This document shows positions 9,801 to 22,908 of a DNA stretch of 64,000 nt, piece by piece. The notes below the pieces were generated by a model. It saw only the letters and a list, made by a program, of their open reading frames with translations, ran no database searches and had not been told where the DNA came from. The position numbers and the translations under genes were made by a program. The DNA comes from an uncultured Acidobacteriota bacterium (lineage in GTDB: Bacteria > Acidobacteriota > Vicinamibacteria > Vicinamibacterales > CAVVIG01). Each line of letters starts with the position of its first letter. Within the stretch, counting starts at the first letter, position 1. The stretch covers positions 688,957 through 752,956 of the forward strand of contig CAVWIZ010000008.1 of NCBI GenBank assembly GCA_963755195.1. Reading direction: 5' to 3'.

Positions 9801-12800
9801 GCTGGAGCAGCGTCGCCTTGGGGCGCGGGCGGGACCAGCGCAGTCGGCGGCGGCGTCCTCTTCGTAGACGGCGCGCTCGTCGGCGTCGTGCACGATCCTG
9901 TGGCAGGCAGCTGCGTCGATGACGCCGACGTTTCTGCCCGGCCACTCGCTCGAGTTCATGGCGACGTTCACCGGCGACGCGTTCCAGCACTCCGGCTTCG
10001 GCGTGACGTTCGGCGGCGCCGCCGTGGGCGATGTTCAGCACCAAATCGGCGGCACACTCTGGGCGCGGACCAACTCGGAGTCTCGGCTCGCAGGAGACGC
10101 GATCTCGGCAGCAGCTTCCTCGGCACACCGCATCGCTTCCGCATCGACTGGAACGCTGACGCAGCGTGGCCTACCTCGTGGACGGCGTCCAGGTGGCCTC
10201 GCACTCGATCGCTCTCCCGGACCGATGCGGCCGATTGCCGCAAGCGACTACAACGTCTTCGGCGGCAACATCGTGATCGACTGGATGCGGATGGATCCGT
10301 TCGCGCCGGCGGGCACGTTTCTCTCGCGGGTCTTCGACGCCGAGTCGCCGGTCGATTGGCACACGATCGCCTGGACCGCCAGTTCGACGACCCCGGAGTC
10401 GACGATCAGCGTGCGCATGGGCGATACGCCCACACCCGACGGCACCTGGACCGCCTTCGTGCCGGTCGCGCTCCTGGCGCGATCAGCGGCCGCTCGCGAT
10501 ACATCCAATATCGCGTGAATCTCGCGACGAACGATGTGAGCAAGACGCCGGAGCTCGAGGACATCGTGATCAGCACCGACAGCGCTCCGAACGCCGTCGA
10601 CGACGCCGCGACAACCACCCAGGACACGCCCTACACGTTCCCGGCCTCCGGCCCGGGCGCGCTCGTGTTCAACGACCTCGATCCCGACACCGGCGACGAG
10701 CTCCGCGTGGTCGCGATCACGATGCCGGCACACGGCACCGCCGCGCTCAACGAGGATGGATCGGTGACCTACAATCCGTCCGCGGGCTTCACCGGAACCG
10801 ACACGTTCAGCTACACGGTCAGCGACGGGCTGTTTGGCTCCTCGGCGGATGTCACGATGTCAGTCGGCCTCGCCAATCGTCCGCCGGTCGCGGTTGACGA
10901 CGCGTTCGTCGTGAGCCAGGGAGCGGTGCTGGCCGTCCCGGCCGGCGCCGGCGTGCTCGCGAACGACTCCGATCCTGACGGCGGTTCGATGACCGCGATC
11001 ATGGTGACGTGGCCGGCCCACGGGACGCTGACGTGCAATGCCGATGGCTCGTTCACGTATACGCCATCGGCAGGCTGGTCCGGCGCCGACAGCTTCACGT
11101 ACCGAGCGTCCGACACGCTGAACAGTCTCAGCAACATCGCCACGGCTTCGATCAACGTGACACCGGTGAACCGTGCGCCGAGCTTCGTGAGAGGCGCCAA
11201 CCAGACCGTGCTCGAGGATGCCGGCGCGCGCAGCGTCACGGGATGGGCGACCGCCATCAGCGCGGGCGCCGCGAGCGAATCGGGCCAGGCGCTCAACTTC
11301 ATCGTCAGCAACAACAACAACGCGCTGTTCTCGGCGCAGCCGGCGGTCGATGCGAACGGGACGCCTGACCTACACGCCCGCCGCGAACGCCAACGGGGCC
11401 GCCACGGTGACGGTGCAACTGCACGACAACGGCGGCACGGCCAACGGCGGCGCCGACACCAGCGCGGCGCAGACCTTCACCATCACGGTGACGGCCGTGA
11501 ACGACGCGCCCAGCTTCGCGAAGGGCGCCAATCAGACCGCCTCAGCGACGCCGGCGCGCAGACGGTGTCCGGCTGGGCCACCGCGCTGCAGCGCCGGCCC
11601 GGCCGACGAAGCCGGCCAGACGCTCAACTTCATCGTCAGCAACAACAACAACGCGCTGTTCTCGGTGCAGCCGGCCGTCGCCGCGAACGGCACGCTGACC
11701 TACACGCCGCGGCCAACGCCAACGGGTTCGCCACGGTCACCGTGCAGGCGCACGACAACGGCGGCACGGCCAACGGCGGCGTCGACACCAGCGCGGCGCA
11801 GACGTTCACGATCACGTGTCGCCGTCAACCATGCGCCGAGCTTCACCAAGGGCGCCAACCAGACCGTGCTCGAGGATGCCGGCGCGCGGACCGTCACGGC
11901 CTGGGCGACGGCGATCAGCGCCGGCGCCGCCAGCGAAGCCGGCCAGGCGCTGAACTTCATCGTCAGCAACAACAACAACGCGCTGTTCTCCGTCCAGCCG
12001 GCGATCGCGCGCGAACGGCACGCTGACCTACACGCCTGCCGGCCAACGCCAACGGGCGCGCGACGGTCACCGTGCAGCTGCACGACAACGGCGGCACGGC
12101 CAACGGCGGCGTCGACACGAGCGCGGCGCAGACCTTCACCATCACCGTGACGGCCGTGAACGACGCGCCGAGCTTCACCAAGGGCGCCGAATCAGGCGAT
12201 CGCGACGACCGCGGGCGCGCAGACGGTGTCCGGCTGGGCGACGGCGCATCAGCGCCGGCCCGGCCGACGAAGCGGCGCAGGCGCTGAACTTCATCGTCAC
12301 GCAACAACAACAACGCGCTGTTCTCGGTGCAGCCGGCCGTCTCGGCGAACGGGACGCTGACCTACACGCCGGCCGCGAACGCCAACGGGATCGCCACGGT
12401 CACCGTGCAGCTGCACGACAACGGCGGCACGGCCAACGGCGGCGTCGACACCAGCGCGGCGCAGACCTTCACGATCAGCGTGACAGCGGTCAACGACGCG
12501 CCGAGCTTCATCAAGGGCGCCAACCAGACCGTGCTCGAGGATGCCGGCGCGCGCACCGTCACCGGCTGGGCCACCGCCATCAGCGCGGGCGCCGCGAACG
12601 AAGCGGGCCAGGCGCTCAACTTCATCGTCAGCAACAACAACAACGCGCTGTTCTCCGCGCAGCCGGCGATCGCGCGCGAACGGCACGCTGACTTACACGC
12701 CGGCCGCGAACGCCAACGGCACCGCCACCGTCACCGTGCAGACTGCACGACAACGGCGGCACGGCCAACGGCGGCGTCGACACCAGCGCGGCGCAGACGT

Positions 12801-13739
12801 TCACCATCACCGTGACGGCCGTGAACGACGCGCCCGGCTTCACCAAGGGCGCCGATCAGACGGATCGCGGACGTCCGCCGGGGCGCAGACGGTCGCCGGC
12901 TGGGCCACCGCGCTGCAGCGCCGGCCCGGCCGACGAAGCCGGCCAGGCGCTCAACTTCATCGTCAGCAACAGCAACAACGCGCTGTTCTCGGTGCAACCG
13001 GCCGTCGCCTCGAACGGGACGCTGACCTACACGCCCGAACGCAAGCGGCGGCGGGACGGCCACGGTCACGGTGCAGCTGCACGACAACGGCGGCACCGCC
13101 AACGGCGGCAGCGACACCAGCGCCGCGCAGACCTTCACGATCACGGTCAGAGGACGGGATACCACGCCGCCGGTGCTGACGCTGCCGGCCGGCATCACGA
13201 AGGAAGCGACCGGGCCAAGAGGCGCGCAGGTGACCTACACCGCGACGGCGATAGACGCGGTCAACGGCCCGACGCTCGTGCTGTGCTGGCCGCTGCCCGG
13301 AATGACGTTCCGGCTCGGAGTCACCAGGGTCACGTGCGCGAGCGCCGATCGGTCCTTCAATGTGGCCACGGGACACTTCAACGTGACGGTCGTGGACAGG
13401 ACGGCGCCGAGCATCACGACGGTCAGGCCCAGCTCGACCGTTCTGTCGAACCCCGATCACCGGATGGTCCCGATCAGCGTGGCGGTCACCGCCTCGGACC
13501 TGGTCGATTCGAGCCCCGTCTGCAAGATCGCGTCGGTGGCGAGCAACGAGCCGATTAGCGGAACAGGCAGCGGGGATCTCTCGCCAGATTGGTGGGTGAC
13601 CGGGAACCTGACGGTCAACCTGCGTGCCGAACGCGCCTGGAGCGGCTCCGGACGAACCTACGCCCTGACCGTGCAGTGCACCGACGCGTCCGGCAACGCG
13701 GCGACAAAGACCACCACCGTGGCAGTGCCGCGCTGGTGA
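6864..13739 (+). CDS. Giant secreted multidomain protein (dimethylformamidase beta-like domain, Ig-like, DUF4082, cadherin-like repeats, HYR-like and C-terminal domain); many frameshifts
   Basis: Consecutive fragments in shifting frames: [48 protein letters not shown]...VRFYK...NYWVDV (DUF4082), [10 protein letters not shown], six ~110-aa repeats, [10 protein letters not shown] (HYR-like). Start codon uncertain. Confidence 0.75.
11166..13148 (+). repeat. Six tandem ~330-bp intragenic repeats encoding cadherin/Ig-like units
   Basis: Unit starts (VN[D/R/H]APSF..GA[N/D]Q) at ~11166, 11497, 11824, 12156, 12489, 12821; each contains aacttcatcgtcagcaacaacaac and cacgacaacggcggcacggccaacggc (minor variants). 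Confidence 0.9.
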
Positions 13740-13836
13740 TGTCTGCCTCGAGCGCAATCGAGTAAATCGGACGTGGCCATTTGAGGCAAACCGGCGTCTA
13801 ATTCTAGAATCTGATTCTGGGATTGGAGGTCGTACG

Positions 13837-14967
13837 ATGTCGCCTCTGGGTCTAATCGTCGCGATGTTACTCAGCCAGGCCGCGCCGTCCGCGACCACCG
13901 GACGCATCGCCGGCCGCGTCACGATCGAGGGCGCCAACACACCCATCGTCGGGGCCCGCGTCCAGCTGTTTCCCGCCGGACGGCCGAACGCACCGATCGG
14001 CACCGTTCGTGCCGCAAGCGCACCATCACCAACCAGGATGGCCTCTTCGTCTTCGACCAGGTCGCGCCGGGCGAGTACCGGCTCGACGTGCAGAAGACCG
14101 GATTCGCGCCGTTCGGTCCGAGTGGACGTTCCGGCACGATTCAAGTGGCCGCGGGTCAGGTCGTGGACGGCGTAGGCGTGCAGCTCCAGAAAGGCGGCGT
14201 GATCACCGGGAAGGTCCTCGATCCGTCGGGCGAGCCGTTCACCGACGCACGTGTCATGGCCATGCGCCGTACCAACGCGCCCGCCGGGATTGCCGCGCCG
14301 CGATTCATGCCGGCGCCGTCGCAGGGCCAGCAGCAGACCAACGACCTCGGTGAGTTTCGTATCTCCGGTCTCGCGCCCGGCGATTACTACGTGGCGGTCA
14401 CCCGGAGTGCTGTCACGCCATTCGGCGGATCAGCTCCGACGCCCGCGTCGAACGGGAGTCGCGCGAACCGCCCTCACCACCACGTACTATCCGGGCACGA
14501 TCGACCCGGCCGGGGCGCAGTCGGTCGCGGTAGCAGCCGGCGCGGAAGTCGGCAACCTCGTGTTCACCATGCAGGCCGCACCCGTGTTTCGTGTGTCGGG
14601 CCTGGTTGTCGACGAAGACGGCGCGCCGCTCGCGCGCTCGATGGTGATGTTGATGAGCGACCCACGCAGCGGCAACTTCATGGGCCCGTCCGGCAACACG
14701 CAGACCCAGGAGGATGGCCGATTTGTCATCAGCGACGTTCCCGCTGGGAGTTACCGCATCACGGCCACGATTCCGATGACCTTCAGCAGCAGTCAAGGCA
14801 TCAGCGGTGGTGTCGTCGGCGGGACTATCGGCGGTGGTGTCGCGGGCGGGACCATCACCACCTTTAGCAGCGGCGGCGGTACCCGGATCGAGCAGCCATC
14901 TGAAATCGTCGTGACAGATGCCGACGTCAAGGGCGTGCGGGTGGTCGTTCGCCGCCAGGCGCAGTGA
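13837..14967 (+). CDS. Secreted carboxypeptidase-regulatory-like domain protein (frameshifted)
   Basis: GRIAGRV, GVITGKVLDPSGEP, TNDLGEFRISGLAPGDYYV, TYYPGT, QTQEDGRFVISDVPAGSY across three frames; GGAGG RBS. Confidence 0.75.
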
Positions 14968-15227
14968 CGGATACCGGGCCTTCGACCACGCTGCCGGTGC
15001 GCTCGGCTGACGAGTCCGGCGTCTTTACGCCACACAAACAACTGATCCAAGAATCCGAAGATCAGCGCGCAAGGGCCAAATCCCGAGCTTTTTTGCTGTC
15101 ATACGAACGTCATACCTCGTGTAGAGTGTTGCTGCACAGGTCGAGGCGATAGGCAGCTGTCTATCGTCTCTCGGCCCGTCTGAAACAACCTTTTCGGAAG
15201 CCAATGAGCCAAGGAGTCCAGCGAACA

Positions 15228-18200
15228 ATGCGCACGATCATCAGGACACTGGTACTGGCAGGCTATAGCCGCGATACTTCCGCAGCGCCGCGTGGGCCCA
15301 GGCGGCCCTCGCCGGCACCGTCAAGGACGCGTCGGGCGCCGTGCTGCCCGGGCGTCACCGTCGAAGCGTCGAGCCCGGCACTGATTGAAAAGACCCGGTC
15401 GGCGACGACCGACGCCACCGGGCAGTACCGCATCGAGAGCCTGCAGCCGGGCACCTACACGGTGACGTTCACGCTCGCCGGCTTCTCGACACTGAAGCGC
15501 GAAGACGTCGAGCTGTCGGGCAGCGGGCGTCGTCACGATCGACGCGGACATGAAGGTCGGCGGCGTCGCGGAGACGATCACCGTCACCGGCGAGACGCCG
15601 GTCGTCGACGTGGCGAGCACGACGCGCACGGTCACGCTCGACAACGAGACGATGCGGAACCTGCCGGCCGTTCGCAGCTACAGCTATGTGCTCACGACCG
15701 TGCCGGGCCTGCAGTCGAACATCACCGACGTCAACACCGGCCCGGTGTTCGCGATCTTTCCCGTGCACGGCGGCCGCGGCGTCGAGTCGCGCCTCACGGT
15801 GGAAGGCCTGAACATCAGCAACCCGCCGGGCGGCAACCAGCCGCCGAACTACACCGCCGACATCGGCAACGCGACGGAAGTCACGGTGCAGACGGCGGGC
15901 GGCCTCGGCGAGTTCGAGACCGCGGGCGTGCAGATGAACATCGTGCCGAAGCAGGGCGGCAACAGCATGAGCGGCCTGTGTCGCGGCCTCCGGCTTCTCG
16001 AAAGGCATGCAGTCGAACAACTACTCGTCCGACCTGCAGGCGCGCGGCGCGGGTGCGCCGAACCCGACCTACCACGTCTACGACGTCAACGCGGCAGTCG
16101 GCGGGCCGATCCTGAAGGACAAGCTCTGGTTCTTCATGAGCGTCCGCCAGCAGGGGACGCGCCGCAACATCCTGAACGTCTACTACAACAACAACGCGGG
16201 CGATCCGACGAAGTGGACCTACGCGCCGGATTTCAACCGGCCGGCCTTCTACGACCGCCAGTGCGAGAACTACACGCCGCGCATCACGTGGCAGGCGTCG
16301 TCGAAGAACAAGTTCACGTTCTCGTGGGACGAACAGCCCGTGTGCCGCACGTGCAGCGGCACGGCGTCGTTCAGCGGCTCGCCCTCGTCCGACGACGGCC
16401 CCGGAAGCGGACGGCCACGGCGAGTTCAGCCCGCAGCGCGTCCAGACCATGCGCTGGACGAATCCGATGACGAGCCGGCTGCTCCTCGAAGCCGGCCTCG
16501 GCAACACGTACTATCAGTGGGGCGACCGCGAGCTCGATCCGAATCCGACCCGCGATCTGATTCGTGTGACGGAAACCCAGGCGGTCATCAACCCGCAGGG
16601 GACGGTCGGGTCGATGACTTACCGCTCGCAGAACTGGCTGATCAACCAGACCGACGGCGCGAACTGGTTCCTGAACGCGTCGTATGTCACCGGGTCGCAC
16701 AGCATGAAGTTCGGCTACCAGGGCAACTGGTGGCGCGACGATCGGGAGATCCACGCGAATACGCAGAACCTGGCGTACACCTTCACCCGTGGCATGTCCG
16801 AATACGATCACCGAGTACGCGAATCCCTACTTCAACAACGGGCGCGCGGCGATGACGTCGTTCTTCGCGCAGGATCAGTGGACGATGAAGCGGCTGACGC
16901 TGCAGGGCGCGATCCGCTACGACCATCCGTGGAGCTGGTTCCCGGCGGTGACGCAGCCGAAGAGCACGTTCTTCCCCGGCGTCGACTTCGACCGGGCGGA
17001 CGGCGTGACCGGCTACAACGACATCACGCCGCGCTTCGGCGCCGCGTATGACGTCCTGCGGCAACGGCAAGACGGCGCTCAAGCTCAGCGTCGGCAAGTA
17101 CCTGCAGGGCGCGAGCGTCGGGCAATCTCGTGGCGAACGCGAATCCGTCGCTCCGCATTCCGGGCGGCGACGCCGCGGCGTTCGCGCAATCCGATCGGTG
17201 ACCCGCACAGTGGACGGACACCAACGGCAACTTCGTCCCGGACTGCAACCTGCAGAATGCGGACGCGCAGAGCCCGGCGACGACCGGCAGCATCGACACC
17301 TGCGGCGCGATCAGCAACGTGGCTGTTCGGCTCGAACCAGTTCGTCGGCGCGAACTTCGACCCGGGCGTGCTCAGCGGGTGGGGCGTGCGTCCGTCGGAC
17401 TGGTCGTACGGCGTGTCGGTGCAGCAGCAGCTCTTCCCGAAGGCGTCGGTTGAAGTCGGGTACTACCGCCGCACGTTCGTCAGTACACGACCGACGACGG
17501 TGACCGACGACCTCAACGTCGGACCGAACGACTTGACGCCGTTCTTCCTGACGGCGCCGAGCCGACGCGCGTCTGCCGGGCGGCGGCGGATACCAGGTCG
17601 GGCCGCTGTACAACCAGACGCCGGCGGCGTTTATGCGGGTGCAGGATCTGCTGATCAAGTCGACGAAGGACGTCGGCGACGACACGCGCATCTTCAACGG
17701 CGTGGACGTGACGTTCAACGTGCGCACCGTGAGAGGCTTCACCTTCTCGGGCGGCACCAGCACCGGCAAGGTCGTCAACGACTGGTGCTCGGTTCGGTCG
17801 GCGATTCCCGAGGTGGGACAGTTCATCCTCAACCCGTATTGCCACGTCGAGTCGCCGTTCCAGACGTCGTTCAACGGTCAGGCCTCGTACATCGTCCCGA
17901 AGGTCGACGTGCTGATCAGCGGCGTCTATCGCGATCGTCCCATCCTCAACGGGACGCCGAACAACGCCAGCGACCGACCAGCTCGGCGGCTCGACTGGCC
18001 GCGAACCTGACGTTCACCGCGACGGATGCGTTCGGGCAGGCGATCGCACAGCAGATCGGCCGGCAACCTGACGGGCGGCCCGTTCACGGTGAACCTGATC
18101 ACTCCGGGCGCGATGTACGGCGGCGGGTCGATCTACGGCGACGCGCAACCGGAACATCGATATCAGCATCAAGAAGATCATCCGCCTGGGTAGCGCGGCG

Positions 18201-18357
18201 CCTCACGGCGGGCCTCGACATCTACAACCTGGTGAACGCCGATACGACGCTGTTCTACAACACGGCGTACGTGCCAACCGCCAACAACGCCTGGCTCACG
18301 TCGCTGGGGTACATGAACCCGCGCGTCTTCCGCATCGCGGGCGAGTTCGCCTTCTAG
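15228..18357 (+). CDS. TonB-dependent receptor, Oar-like (frameshifted)
   Basis: GVTVEASSPALIEK, ETITVTGETPVVD, GGPILKDKLWFF, QDQWTMKRLTLQGAIRYD, C-terminal PRVFRIAGEFAF. Confidence 0.85.
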
Positions 18358-18367
18358 AGTTCGCCTC

Positions 18368-18403
18368 ACCGATGGAGCCTGCACGATTGCAGGCTCCATC
18401 GGT
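18368..18403 (+). terminator. Perfect 16-bp hairpin after the first TBDR
   Basis: accgatggagcctgca-cgat-tgcaggctccatcggt; no strong U-tract. Confidence 0.65.
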
Positions 18404-18628
18404 TCTCAGCTCGGCACGAGCTTGCCCGCCAGCGCGCGATTCTCCGCCATGTGGCATGTCAGATCTGCTCGCCCGACCTCCAAGAATCCAGATTCTTGAA
18501 TCCTGAATCTTCTGAATTGAAACGCGGTTGACATTGTGTATTTACAATGCACAACCGGTGCGCTAGTGTGTGCTCACAGTTAACGGAACGATCGAGATTT
18601 CCGCTCATCTGGAAGGAGAACCCGCGGT

Positions 18629-21600
18629 ATGCGAACCGTCACGAAGTGTCTGGCGATCCTCGTCGTCCTGTTCCTCCCCGCCACCGTGTTGGCGCAAGCC
18701 TCGTTGACAGGCACTGCACGTGACGGATCGGGCGCCGTGCTGCCCGGCGTCACCGTCGAGGCCTCGAGCCCGGCGCTCATCGAAAAAACCCGCACCGCCG
18801 TCACCGACGGCACCGGACAGTACCGCATCATCGACCTGCGTCCCGGCACCTACGAGGTGACCTTCACGCTGACCGGCTTCAGCACCGTCAAGCGCGAGGG
18901 CATCGAGCTCACGGGCTCGTTCGTCGCGACGATCAACGCCGACCTGAAGGTCGGCGCTCTCGCCGAGACGATCACGGTCACGGGCGAGACGCCGGTGGTC
19001 GACGTCCAGAGCGCGAAGCGCGAAGTCGTGTTGAACAATGACGTCATCCAGACGCTCCCGGCCACGCGCTCCGCGGGCGCGCTGCTCAACGCCGTGGCCG
19101 GACTGCAGGTCGACACCAACGGCCCGGCGCTGTCGCCGACGATGACGTTCTTCAACGCGCACTCGAGCACCATCAATTCGAACTTCGTCGCGGGCGAAGG
19201 GCGCTACACCGTGAACGGGTTCCCGGTGAGCGCCTCGCGCAGCGGCGGCCCGTCGTCCTATGTCTACGACACGGCGAACGCGCAGGAAGTCGGAGTGACC
19301 GTTGGCGGCGGCATCGGCGAGAGCGACATCGGCGGGCCGTCGATGAACATCATCCCGAAATCAGGCGGCAACGCGTTCAAGGGCTCGGCCTTCCTCAGCA
19401 GCGCCGGCACGTGGTCGAGCGGCGACAACCTGACCACCGACCTCAAGGCGCTCAACCCGAACCTGCAAGCAGACGCCCGGCATCATGAGCGCGTACGACT
19501 GGAGCGGAGCCTACGGAGGACCGATCGTCAAGGACCGCCTCTGGTTCTTCGGCTCCTACCGCGCGCTCGACACGCAGACTGCGCAGGACGGCATCGTGGC
19601 GAACAAGTACGCCGGCGACCCGCTGCACTGGGACTGGGCGGCGGACAATCCAACGACCACGCGCCTCGTGCAGGATCGCCAGATGATCATCGGCCGCATC
19701 ACGGCGCAGCTCAGCAAGAGCCGCTTCTCGTTCAACTCGGAGTACCAGCACCGCTGCGAGGGCACGCCGCTGAAGGTCGACACGCAGGGTTGCCACGACC
19801 GCGGCGCGGACTGGATCGGTCTCGGCAACAACGCGGCGCCCACCCAGATGTCGCCCGAAGCGACGTCCACCGCCGCACGCGGATATTTCGACGTGCCGTT
19901 CTACGTCAACCAGGGCACGTGGACGATGGCGGCGAGCAACAAGCTGCTGTTCGAAGCCGGCTTTCAGGCGTTCCGGTACCAGCCGATCTTCGGGCATCCG
20001 CCGCCTGACGGCGTCACGGGCCTGATTCCGGTGACGGAGCAGTCAAACGCGATCAACGCCGCGACGGGCCTGCCCTACGCGCCCGTGGCGACCTACCGCT
20101 ATCGCGGCGTGGAATCATGGGGTCCGGCGAGCGGCAAGAACAACGACATCGCCGGGTCGATGCTCGTACGTCACCGGGGCCCACAGCGCGAAGGTGGGCT
20201 TGCAGTCCCGCCGGCTCGACCTGCAGGACGACGATCTGGCGGGCCAGACGCAGCTCGGCTATCGATTCAACCAGGGCGTCCCGAATGCGGTCAGTTACTA
20301 CCTGCCGGAGATGGGCCGCCGGACGATCACGTACAACACCGGCGCCTACGTCCAGGATACGTGGACGCACAACCGCCTGACGCTGCAGGGGGCCCTCCGC
20401 TACGATCGCGTGACGAGCTACGCGCCCGTCGAAGGGAACGGCACGTTCGGGAAGTCGTCGTTCCTGAACCCGCAGCCGATCACGATCGTCGAGACGCCGG
20501 GCGTGCAGGCGTTCAACGACATCACGCCGCGGGTGGGCGTCGCCTACGACCTGTTCGGGAGCGGCAAGACGGCCATCAAGCTGAACTGGGGCCGCTACCT
20601 CGCGTATGCGGCGAACGACTCGCCGTATACGTCGACCAACCCCGGCGCCACGATCACGCGCAACGTGCAGAACCGCGGCTGGAACTCCTCAGTTGCGGCC
20701 GGCGGCAACGGCGACAAGGTCGTCGACTGCAACCTGCTCAACCCGAATGCCAACGGCGAGTGCGCCGCGGCAGTCGGCACGGCGCGGACCTTCGGTCAGG
20801 CCGGCGCCGCGACCATCGTCGACCCGGCGGTGCTGAACGGCTGGGGCGTGCGTCCGAACGACTATCAGACCACGCTGACGCTGCAGCACCAGATCGTGCC
20901 GCGCGTGTCGGCCGACGTCAGCTACACGCACCGGACGTTCCACGGCTTCTTCGTCACCGACGACCTGGCCCGCAACGCGAGCACCGCGTACGAAACGTAT
21001 ACGCTCACCGCACCGAACGATCCACGGCTGCCGAACGCAAACCAGCCGATCACGTACTACACGGTCAAGGCGGCGGCCAACGCGACGGCGCAGACGATTC
21101 TGCGGCCGGAGACGTTCTTCGGCCCCGAGCGGGACAGCCACTGGAACGGATTCGACGTGACGGTGAACGCGCGGCTGCGCCAGGGCCTCACGCTGCAGGT
21201 CGGCACCTCCACCGGCGGCGCCGTCGTCGACACCTGCGCGACGGTCACGACGTTCAACAACGTGGGCGTCGGCGGGCGTCGAGGCCGGGCCCGATCCGCG
21301 CAGCTGCCGCAACGTCGATCCGTGGCAGACGACGGTGCGCGGGCTGGCGAGCTACACGATTCCGAAGATCGACGTGCTCATCAGCGGCACGGTGCGCTCG
21401 CAGCCGCCGCTGCAGCTGACCGCCAACTGGGTGGTGCCGAACTCGGTGATCAGACGCCTCGCTCGGCCATCTGCCGGCGGGCGCGACGGCCACGGGCACC
21501 ACCACGCTGGCGTTGCTCGCGCTCGCCGACTCGAACAAGCTGTACGTCGATCAGCGCCGAACGCAGATCGACATGCGCTTCGCAAAGGTCCTGCGGTTCG

Positions 21601-21782
21601 GCCGCACGCGGTCGGACATCGGACTCGACCTCTACAACCTGTTGAACACGAACTACGCGACCGCGTTCAACACGACCTACACCTACAACACGGACAACGC
21701 GCCAAGGGCCGCCGGGTGGGGTACACCGACAGGCATCTTCCAGCCGCGGTTCGTGCGGATCAACTTCACGCTGGACTTCTAG
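18629..21782 (+). CDS. TonB-dependent receptor, Oar-like (frameshifted)
   Basis: Signal peptide, GAVLPGVTVEASSPALIEK, GGPIVKDRLWFF, QDTWTHNRLTLQGALRYD, C-terminal PRFVRINFTLDF; GGAG RBS. Confidence 0.85.
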
Positions 21783-21957
21783 TATCAGGATTCGCGCTCA
21801 CAGGGCTGATCGCCGCGACACCGCGGCGATCAGCCAGTCTCTCTTCAGCCATTCCTGCCGTATCGCGACACTGAACAGTCACTGAACACCTCTGTAATCG
21901 GTCCGGTTGGCCCAATTGGCGTAAGCAATCTATAATCTCTGCCTCGTTATCAGGCTC

Positions 21958-22908
21958 ATGGGGACGAAGCGAATCATCGCGGTTGTGGGGGCGACCGGCA
22001 AACAGGGCGGAAGTCTTGCGCGGGCGCTCCTCGGCGACCATGCGGGCGACTTCGCGCTGCGCGTGCTGACGCGAAAACCCTCAGGCGATCGCGCCCAGGC
22101 GCTCGCCCGCCTCGGCGCCGAAGTGGTCTACGCCGACGCTGACGATCTCGGCGCGCTCAAGCGCGCGTTCGCCGGCGCGTACGGCGCCTACTGCATGACC
22201 GATTTCTGGGGCGGGCACGGCGACCCCGAGCGTGAGCGCGTCCAAGGAGCGACGATGGCCGAAGCGGCGCGCTGCACGGGAGTGCAGCACGTCATCTGGT
22301 CGACGCTCGAAGACACGCGCCGCTACGTCCCGCTGGCCGACTCGCGGCTGCCGACGCTGCTCGGCAGATACAAGGTGCCGCACTACGACGGCAAGGGCGA
22401 AGCCGATGATGCCTTCCGCAGCCTTGACGTGCCGACCACGTTCTTTCTGACGTCCTTCTATTGGGAAAACCTGCTGAACTTCCCCGGCATGGGACCGAAA
22501 CGAAACGCGGCCGGCGAGCTCGTCTTCGCGATGCCGATGGCCGACGGGAAACTGCCGGGCATTGCGGTCGACGACATCGGACTGTGCGCACTCGGTGTGT
22601 TCCGGCAGACGTGCAACATCGGACAGACGATCGGCGTCGCCGGCGAACATCCGACCTGCGAGCAGATGGCGGCGTCGCTCACGAGGGTGCTTGGGCAACG
22701 CGTCCGCTACGAGAACGTCGATCCGGTCGCCTTCCGGACGTCGGATTTCACGGGGGCTGCTGAACTGTCGAACATGCTGCAGTTCAAGCGCGATTTCCAG
22801 GACGTCTTCTGCGGGACCCGCAACGTCGAGCGTTCGAGACAGCTCAACCCGGCGCTACAGACCTTCGACCAGTGGCTCGCCCGCCACGCGGGCCGATTCA
22901 CCCTCTAG
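21958..22908 (+). CDS. NmrA/HSCARG family NAD(P)-binding protein
   Basis: VVGATGKQGGS, WSTLED, VPHYDGKGE, TSFYWEN motifs. Confidence 0.9.
   Translation: MGTKRIIAVVGATGKQGGSLARALLGDHAGDFALRVLTRKPSGDRAQALARLGAEVVYADADDLGALKRAFAGAYGAYCMTDFWGGHGDPERERVQGATMAEAARCTGVQHVIWSTLEDTRRYVPLADSRLPTLLGRYKVPHYDGKGEADDAFRSLDVPTTFFLTSFYWENLLNFPGMGPKRNAAGELVFAMPMADGKLPGIAVDDIGLCALGVFRQTCNIGQTIGVAGEHPTCEQMAASLTRVLGQRVRYENVDPVAFRTSDFTGAAELSNMLQFKRDFQDVFCGTRNVERSRQLNPALQTFDQWLARHAGRFTL

Noticed and set aside
11166..13148. Regular repeats as a possible CRISPR array
   Set aside because: Units are ~330 bp, protein-coding, with no unique spacers and no cas genes.
21872..21887. TGAAC-N6-TGAAC upstream of NmrA as a target of the response regulator at 60835
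   Set aside because: A single short match that also overlaps a candidate XRE operator half-site; cannot be assigned.
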